The notes beneath the pieces are model-generated. The model did no database searches. It was given only the letters and a program-made list of their open reading frames with translations, and was not told the DNA's origin. Both the position numbers and the translations under genes were made by a program. A stretch of 64,000 nt of DNA from an uncultured bacterium (GTDB lineage: Bacteria > Patescibacteriota > Minisyncoccia > Phycocordibacterales > UBA9973). The DNA lies in contig CAITQP010000004.1 of assembly GCA_903894565.1 (NCBI GenBank), positions 9,957-73,956 on the forward strand. Direction: 5' to 3'. Positions 57,625 to 64,000 of this stretch are shown piece by piece. The number at the start of each line of letters is the position of its first letter. Positions within the stretch are counted from its first letter, which is position 1.

Positions 57625-57768
57625 TTATTTTTTTATGCTGGTAATAAATCCGTTCGTATCATCGTCGCCTCCTTCAGCAACTCGAGGGTGCATAAGTTCC
57701 CGCATTCCCCACACTATTGCGACAAGTGCGAGTACAAGAAATAATATTGTCCCAATTTTTTTTGCCAT
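57625..57768 (-). CDS. Small single-pass membrane protein, 47 aa (MAKKIGTILFLVLALVAIVWGMREL...)
   Basis: Read by hand. ATG at 57768, TAA at 57625-57627; fills the gap between the FKBP and SIMPL genes. Confidence 0.6.
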   Translation of the reverse strand: MAKKIGTILFLVLALVAIVWGMRELMHPRVAEGGDDDTNGFITSIKK

Positions 57769-57809
57769 AGCTTGAAAGAGCGCGCGAGCGAAGCTCGCGC
57801 GCTACTTTA

Positions 57810-58283
57810 TTACTGATGTTTAATCGAAACAACTTCTACGTCAAAAGTAAGTGTTGCTCCTGGTGGTATAAGTGAGCCAGCGCCACGATCTCCGTATGCA
57901 AGATTCGCAGGAATAACAAGATGGCGCTTCTCTCCAACTTTCATACCAAGTACTCCCTGATCCCATCCTTGAATAACCATTCCTGTACCAAGCGTAAATG
58001 TGAATGGCTGTACGTGACTAAACTTTGGATCAACGTTCGAATCAAAAACTGTTCCGTTCGTAAGTGTGCCCGTGTAATTAACAGTAACTGAATCTCCTTT
58101 TACGGCACCAGTCCCTGCTCCTTCTTTTACTGTTGAAACCTGAAGATTTGTTGTTGCTGTTTGTTGTGTTGTTTCTGGTTGTTGCATAGAAGTATCAGTT
58201 GATGTTGTTTTGTGACCACGAGCGAAAAGCACAATGAGAACGATGATAATAATTCCAACGCCGGCACCAATAAATGTTTTCAT
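57810..58283 (-). CDS. Membrane-anchored FKBP-type peptidyl-prolyl isomerase
   Basis: VNYTGTLTNGTVFDS, VIQGWDQG, IPANLAYG, IPPGATLTFDVE. Confidence 0.95.
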   Translation of the reverse strand: MKTFIGAGVGIIIIVLIVLFARGHKTTSTDTSMQQPETTQQTATTNLQVSTVKEGAGTGAVKGDSVTVNYTGTLTNGTVFDSNVDPKFSHVQPFTFTLGTGMVIQGWDQGVLGMKVGEKRHLVIPANLAYGDRGAGSLIPPGATLTFDVEVVSIKHQ

Positions 58284-58366
58284 AGATAAATACTTATTTT
58301 TTATAAAGCGACGACATTGTTAGTTCGCTTCAGTGTTGTATAAGCATACTAAAAAACACCGAAAAA

Positions 58367-61009
58367 TCAAAATGAGTGACCCCTCTCCTTTACTTTTTTT
58401 GCGTACCAAAGAAATATTCCAGCGATAAAACTAAAGACACCAATGGCAATACAAAAATACAATACTTCTTTATCCGAAATAATGGCACCGTTTACTGTCG
58501 CAGTAAGCAATGCTCCTGTCTGTTCCGAAGTCTTGTCAGGAGTGATGGATTGTTCCGTAGGTATCACTTCTTTCGCTCGCGACACATGTGTATAAATTGA
58601 AGGTTTCTTTTCTGGAATAATGATGGGTTGTTCGATCTTTTGTGGCGTTTCAATTTGGGGAACCACTACACTCTCTGCTTGCGATGTTTCAAGCAATAAT
58701 CCTCCGCCACTACTTCTTGTATGAGTAGTGCCTGTGTCGCTACTTACTGTATTCGAAGTCAGCGTCTCTCCCTGCGAACCAGAATTTGTACTTGAATTCG
58801 TACGAGCAGAGAATAGAACACTCACCGGATCAGAACCGAGCGAACCAATGGTCGCGACGAACTTATATTCACCCGCACTCGACGCTGTTCCCGTAATTGT
58901 GCCGGCTCCACTCGCGAATAGAATCCCCGAATCGGCGAGTGATCCATTCCCGAAAGTTGGTACAACCTTCGATGAGGCATCAAGTGGTACTGAATTCCCA
59001 AATGAATCAGTTGCCCGAATTGTAAATGTAACAGGAGTATCCACTGTCGCACTTGCGTCACTCGAAACTACTCCAATTTTTTTTATTTGTCCTGGAGAAA
59101 GTGTAATCAATACTTTTGCCGGTACGCTTTCTCCTGAATCACTCTTTACTGTAAACAGAAACGAGTCCTCCCCTGTTTGGCCGAGCGGTGTATAGATAAG
59201 TGATGAACCCGACAACGCGCTCAAAGTTCCCTTTGTCGGTTGAGTCGTTACGAGATAAGTCAGTGATGCACTCAAACTATCTGTGCCTGAAAGACTTACC
59301 GTAAGCGGTGCGTCAACATGCGTGGTTAGAGTTTGCGGTGTTGCAACAGGTGAGGCTGGCACGGCATATGTAACGTCGACACCAAGAAAATCGTATGTAT
59401 TCGTAATGGAATCTCCGCTTATACTTGGTTTCGAAAGAAAGCGAACAACCAAGTTATTCACTTGAGCTACCGACGTCACCAGTGAACTAATATCAATCGT
59501 CTGGTTCGCAAAAGCGGACGTCACAGCATTCAGTGCGAGTGGTTGATCTACGAATCCCGTACCATTCGAAATTTCTAATTTTGAAAAATTTGCTTGTGAT
59601 TGATATCGTGCGGTAAGACTCACTGTCTTGAGTGTGGCATTCGCAGGAACAAGTCCTTGAGCAAAAGCGAATTCAGTATATTGATTTTCATCATAATTTG
59701 TACTTGTTGTAGAACTATATTCAACTAAGGCTTTAAAATTATCTGCAACACCGACACCTGCAATATCTGAATCAGCCAACTGACTCTGCCTTCCCGTCAT
59801 ATTCACATTCCCTCGAACGACTGGTATATGAATTTTCAAGCCATTGCTCGGCTGTTCTGGTGGTGCATAAAATGCGACTTGCGCGGATCCTTGTGCCAAA
59901 CCCGGGGCCGTTACTAAGTATGAAGCAACCCCAGTCGTTGTTTGTGAAAGTGCGCTTGCCGTAAATGTCGCGAGTCCTCCCTTTACGGTGGCACTCGCGG
60001 GAGTAATATTTCCTGTTGAATTTAAAAATGGAGTGAGCGTAACCACAGTTTTTGCGTCATCATCAACTGGATTCCCAAATGTGTCCGTGACCTGCACCGT
60101 GATCAAACTTGTCGCGGTAGAAACCTGAGCGATTGGGTTTTTTGTTGTTTTGCATTTTGCTGGTACTCCGTGGGTAAGCGTTACAGTTATTGTTGCCGGG
60201 GTACTGTACACTTTGCCGTCAAATGCACGTATCAAAAAAGTATCAGTCCCAACGAGCCCACCGTTCGGATTATACATAACCGTATTTCCTGTAACAGACC
60301 CGAGTGTCCCGTTTCGGGGAATCGAAAATACAGAAAACGTTAGTGGGTCACTCTCTGCATCGGTCGCACTTACTGTGACAAGAACAGAAGCATCGACTGG
60401 AGTTGTAATCGCCTGATTGCTTACAACCGGCGCCGTATTCAAAGGAACTGGCAATGTATATGTAACCGAAACTATAATTGAATCATGGCTTGTTTGTGTC
60501 GTTCCACCTACATCACGATACGCAAGAAAACGAATCTTGAGTGATGCGAGTTTGTCCGCAGTGGGAACAACTGACGTTATATCGATAGTATCGGTATGAT
60601 CGACGTTAATCACTCCCGTTGTGAGCGATTCGTCCACAAATGATGCTCCGTTGTATATTTCAAGTTTTGCAGCAGTGAGTGCACCTGTTCGTCGAAACTC
60701 ATTTGCTACACTTACATTCGTAATAGTCGCTCCGACAGGAACCGTTCCCGAAAAATTAAATTCCAGATAAGCGTTTTCGTCATACGCGTTTGTTGTGGGC
60801 CATGAACCATTGCTCTCGATTCTCGTATCGTCGCTCGTTGCAAGCTTCGTGAGGTCAGTCGCTGAAAAAGAAGCGCTCGGACTCATGCTTGCATCAGTAC
60901 CCGCCATTGGTACAAATGTGTTCGTACTCGCAAAGGCATGCGGGGAACATATTCCAGCACCTATAATAATACCCACGCCCAAAAGGAACTGAATGATTTT
61001 TTTGTTCAT
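58367..61009 (-). CDS. Large surface protein with Ig/cadherin-like domains and C-terminal membrane anchor
   Basis: Signal peptide; Big_9-like NTAPVV...ATDAESDPLTF...GTDTF; duplicated YDENxYxEFxF module; C-terminal TM plus basic tail. Confidence 0.75.
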   Translation of the reverse strand: MNKKIIQFLLGVGIIIGAGICSPHAFASTNTFVPMAGTDASMSPSASFSATDLTKLATSDDTRIESNGSWPTTNAYDENAYLEFNFSGTVPVGATITNVSVANEFRRTGALTAAKLEIYNGASFVDESLTTGVINVDHTDTIDITSVVPTADKLASLKIRFLAYRDVGGTTQTSHDSIIVSVTYTLPVPLNTAPVVSNQAITTPVDASVLVTVSATDAESDPLTFSVFSIPRNGTLGSVTGNTVMYNPNGGLVGTDTFLIRAFDGKVYSTPATITVTLTHGVPAKCKTTKNPIAQVSTATSLITVQVTDTFGNPVDDDAKTVVTLTPFLNSTGNITPASATVKGGLATFTASALSQTTTGVASYLVTAPGLAQGSAQVAFYAPPEQPSNGLKIHIPVVRGNVNMTGRQSQLADSDIAGVGVADNFKALVEYSSTTSTNYDENQYTEFAFAQGLVPANATLKTVSLTARYQSQANFSKLEISNGTGFVDQPLALNAVTSAFANQTIDISSLVTSVAQVNNLVVRFLSKPSISGDSITNTYDFLGVDVTYAVPASPVATPQTLTTHVDAPLTVSLSGTDSLSASLTYLVTTQPTKGTLSALSGSSLIYTPLGQTGEDSFLFTVKSDSGESVPAKVLITLSPGQIKKIGVVSSDASATVDTPVTFTIRATDSFGNSVPLDASSKVVPTFGNGSLADSGILFASGAGTITGTASSAGEYKFVATIGSLGSDPVSVLFSARTNSSTNSGSQGETLTSNTVSSDTGTTHTRSSGGGLLLETSQAESVVVPQIETPQKIEQPIIIPEKKPSIYTHVSRAKEVIPTEQSITPDKTSEQTGALLTATVNGAIISDKEVLYFCIAIGVFSFIAGIFLWYAKKVKERGHSF

Positions 61010-61100
61010 ACAAAATAATTTACAAAGAGCTAATGTCGCCATTGTAAAATCACCTGTGCTTGAACACAATCAAATCTGTGGAGTCATCTTTGCAAAAACT

Positions 61101-61970
61101 TTATTTTTTGAGAAAACGTGCAAACACACCAGCTGGCAACAACCGTGTTGTGTGTTCTTCTGTGAGCGCAAGCTCTCCAGAATCGGTCACTCCTCCAAAT
61201 GCATCCGCCAACCGCGAAACATTATTCAAAAGCGAGAGTGGAGAATATCCAGCCGTATATCCATTAACAATTACCGCGAGTGGATCATCACTCAATACTT
61301 TTTCAACCAACGAAAAGAGTTCATAAAAATCACGTTCGATTTTCCAGAGTGCTCCCCCACTTCCGTGACCGAATGCAGGCGGATCCATGATGACCACATC
61401 ATATTTGTTGCCACGTTTTAATTCGCGACGAAGAAACAAAAGTGCGTCGTCTTCAATCCATCGGATTGGAGCACTCGCGAGTCCGGAAAGTTCCGCATTC
61501 TTTCGTGCCCATTCAATTGCGACTTTTGATGAATCCAAGTGCGTTACCTCAGCACCAGCGCGTGCAGCAGAAAGCGTCGCTCCACCTGTGTACGCAAACA
61601 AATTGAGTACTTTTATTGTCTTTCCTTTTTTTGAATGAATGGCCTCTTCTAGCCACATCCAATGAGACTTTTGTTCTGGGAAAATACCCACGTGTTTAAA
61701 TGACGTCGGTCGAAGTTCAAATGTGAGGCCGGCATATTCAATATTCCATGCTTTTGGAAACGCTGTACCTTTCTTCCATGATCCAGTCGCTCCAGTGCGC
61801 GTAAATGCTGCGTCAGCTTTTTGCCATTCTGTTTCAGGAAGTTTTTTGAGCCATAACGCTTCAGGATCAGGACGAGCAAGTACGTACGCTCCAAAACGCT
61901 CAAGCTTCATTCCTTCGCCCGAATCAAGCAACGCATAGGATGATTCCTTTTCTGTAATTACTGTGCTCAT
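61101..61970 (-). CDS. Class I SAM-dependent methyltransferase (RlmI/RlmK-like)
   Basis: LDSGEGMKLERFG, HVGIFPEQ, VLNLFAYTGG, MDPPAFG. Confidence 0.88.
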   Translation of the reverse strand: MSTVITEKESSYALLDSGEGMKLERFGAYVLARPDPEALWLKKLPETEWQKADAAFTRTGATGSWKKGTAFPKAWNIEYAGLTFELRPTSFKHVGIFPEQKSHWMWLEEAIHSKKGKTIKVLNLFAYTGGATLSAARAGAEVTHLDSSKVAIEWARKNAELSGLASAPIRWIEDDALLFLRRELKRGNKYDVVIMDPPAFGHGSGGALWKIERDFYELFSLVEKVLSDDPLAVIVNGYTAGYSPLSLLNNVSRLADAFGGVTDSGELALTEEHTTRLLPAGVFARFLKK

Positions 61971-62308
61971 CGATGTTTTCGCAAATGGTCAAAACGTTTT
62001 CGGACCTGCTCTTTAATAATAAAAAATCGGCGAAGAATAATCGTCACCACCACAGCAAAAATCGTAATGACAATAGTGTAGGTCATTTTGCGAGAAAGAC
62101 TTGTCAGTGGCCCAAAAAAATGGGTGAAGACATCTTCAAGCGTGCGATCCCAAGCAAGTGCGGTAATAAGACCGAGTGCAGCAACAATGATTGTCACCAA
62201 TCGTCCAGCAAAATCAGTCTTGATATCAAGAAGATGCTGACTATCCAAAAATTCCTCCGCTCTATCCGAGTTGACCCTATCGCTCATTTTTGATGTTTCT
62301 CCTGTCAT
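61967..62308 (-). CDS. Small two-TM membrane protein (DUF5654-like)
   Basis: IVAALGLITALAWD...YTIVITIFAV; start codon uncertain. Confidence 0.65.
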   Translation of the reverse strand: MTGETSKMSDRVNSDRAEEFLDSQHLLDIKTDFAGRLVTIIVAALGLITALAWDRTLEDVFTHFFGPLTSLSRKMTYTIVITIFAVVVTIILRRFFIIKEQVRKRFDHLRKHR

Positions 62309-62319
62309 ATAGATATAGC

Positions 62320-63000
62320 CTACCCGAGTGGGCAAATGATGTCAAAAGTTTTCATAGCATCACGAAGCGTTGCGATTGATTGCTCAGTGATTGCTTCTGG
62401 ACGAATTGAGGCGTTTGTGAATAATTCTTTTTCGATATCGTAGATAGCTTCCCTGTTTTTTACCGTCATCGGTTCATCTTTTGGATGTTGATCGCTATAT
62501 CGTTCATGCATATCAGTCATACGCTCCTCGAGTGAGGCAACTCCGTTTGGCACCACGCGACTGTCTGCGTACACTGCAATTTTCGTAAGCACGTCACCAT
62601 GCTCTTTTGTGTCTGCATTTTTTAAAAACCCAATCGAGTCAATCATATCTCGTACGCGGCTTGAGACGCCGAGCTCATCGAGAATAGTGAGTGTCGCCCT
62701 ATGTTCATCCCGTCCATAGCGAGCAATCATATCGCTTCGTACTGTTTCCCAGTGATCACGTTCAGTACGGACCGGAGACGGTAGTTTGTCTAAATCAAAT
62801 TTAATGATGTTGCCCATGTCGTGCAAAAGACACGCCATAATAAGTTCGGCTCGTTCATTCTCTCCGCCAACGCTTGGTGTCTGTGCATCAAAAAGCATAA
62901 CTGCGACAGATGCAACTCGATACATATGAAGTGCAAGCCATGGTGGAATGCGATAGCGTTCATATATTTCAGCAATATTCTTTTTGAGTGGAGTTCCCAT
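62320..63000 (-). CDS. HD-domain phosphohydrolase
   Basis: LHMYRVA, ACLLHDMGN, DEH, VYADSR. Confidence 0.85.
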   Translation of the reverse strand: MGTPLKKNIAEIYERYRIPPWLALHMYRVASVAVMLFDAQTPSVGGENERAELIMACLLHDMGNIIKFDLDKLPSPVRTERDHWETVRSDMIARYGRDEHRATLTILDELGVSSRVRDMIDSIGFLKNADTKEHGDVLTKIAVYADSRVVPNGVASLEERMTDMHERYSDQHPKDEPMTVKNREAIYDIEKELFTNASIRPEAITEQSIATLRDAMKTFDIICPLG

Positions 63001-64000
63001 TACTCTACTGTAACACTTTTCGCGAGATTGCGTGGTTTGTCTATTGGCAATCCTTTGTGGTGAGCGACATAATATGCAAAAAATTGGAGTGGAATAATTG
63101 CAAGAACTGGTGTGAGATACTCACTCGTCCTTGGAATATAAAAAACATCATCTGCACGCTTTGCCGCTTCCGTATCACCTTCTGAAAGAATCGCAAATAC
63201 TTTGCCGCTGCGAGCTTTGATCTCCTCAATATTTGAAATCATTTTTTCATAGACACTGTCCTTTGGAGCGATCGCAACTGTCGGAAAATCTGCGTCGATC
63301 ATCGCAAGTGGTCCATGCTTCATCTCCCCTGCGCCATATCCTTCAGCGTGAATGTAGGAAATCTCTTTGAGCTTGATTGCTCCTTCGAGCGCTGTCGGAT
63401 AATTGAGCTTGCGTCCGATAAAAAGAAAGTCTCGCACGCTCGCATATTTTTGAGCAATCGCTTCAATTTGTGAACGAGTTTCTTGAATGGTACGAACCTG
63501 GTTTGGTAATTCAGAGAGTGCATTAATGAGCGACTGTCCGTCTTCGAGAGTCATATCACGCTCACGTCCAAGATGGAGAGCAAAAAGGGCAAGCACGATC
63601 AGTTGAGAAACAAACGCTTTGGTTGATGCGACGCCAATTTCAGGACCTGCATGGTTATAGACTCCGGCGTCAGTTTCGCGCGCGATGGTTGAACCAACAA
63701 CATTCACAATACCGAGAGTAAGTGCTCCGCGACGTTTGCCTTCACGCATTGCTTCGAGAGTATCAAGCGTCTCACCACTTTGAGTGACAGCAAGCACGAC
63801 CGTGCCTTCTTCAATGACAGGATTACGATAACGAAATTCAGATGCAAGTTCTACTTCGACGGGGACTCGAGCAAGTGATTCGATGAGATATTCACCAACG
63901 AGACCTGCGTAGTATGCAGTGCCACAGCCAACGATTATGATACGCTTTACGCTCTTTAATTTTTCAGCAACATCAATGAGTCCTCCAAGCTTCGCTCTCC
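63000..64000 (-). CDS. glmS: Glutamine--fructose-6-phosphate aminotransferase, 3' part (runs off the window)
   Basis: GCGTAYYAG, ASEFRYR, QSGETLDT, GVASTKAF, EGAIKLKEISY, KPRNLAKSVTVE. Confidence 0.97.
   Translation of the reverse strand, partial: RAKLGGLIDVAEKLKSVKRIIIVGCGTAYYAGLVGEYLIESLARVPVEVELASEFRYRNPVIEEGTVVLAVTQSGETLDTLEAMREGKRRGALTLGIVNVVGSTIARETDAGVYNHAGPEIGVASTKAFVSQLIVLALFALHLGRERDMTLEDGQSLINALSELPNQVRTIQETRSQIEAIAQKYASVRDFLFIGRKLNYPTALEGAIKLKEISYIHAEGYGAGEMKHGPLAMIDADFPTVAIAPKDSVYEKMISNIEEIKARSGKVFAILSEGDTEAAKRADDVFYIPRTSEYLTPVLAIIPLQFFAYYVAHHKGLPIDKPRNLAKSVTVE

Overview
Chromosomal segment of a Patescibacteria/CPR bacterium, most like Parcubacteria (Paceibacteria), genetic code 11. 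The lineage call is inferred from gene content: short alpha2-type GlyRS, type-2 IleRS, non-canonical EF-P, rplK without rplA, a CxxC-rich CPR-type protein and AT-rich starts lacking Shine-Dalgarno sites. Most genes are on the minus strand. The window holds housekeeping genes (ftsK, recA, efp, rpsF-ssb-rpsR, metG, glyQS, recO, ileS, argS, secE-nusG-rplK, partial glmS), a dispersed thymidylate/folate and nucleotide-sanitising gene set (dut, tmk, glyA, thyA, folA, dCMP deaminase, MazG, Maf, Nudix, CofE-like ligase, RibD-C protein, queuosine-precursor transporter), a RelBE-type toxin-antitoxin pair, a type II glutamine synthetase and several large Thr/Ser/Gly-rich surface proteins, one split by a single-base frameshift. 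The most notable observations are: (1) a winged-helix gene divergent from ftsK whose own coding and upstream DNA carries 11 copies of a TGTCC(G/T)T(T/A)-like motif between two DnaA-box-like sites; (2) an ileS T-box riboswitch combining the actinobacterial ultrashort Stem I with a transcription terminator; (3) a highly structured leader of about 525 nt ahead of the S-layer-like gene; (4) an intact histidine-phosphatase domain inserted into IleRS. No rRNA, tRNA, CRISPR array, transposase or prophage was recognised.
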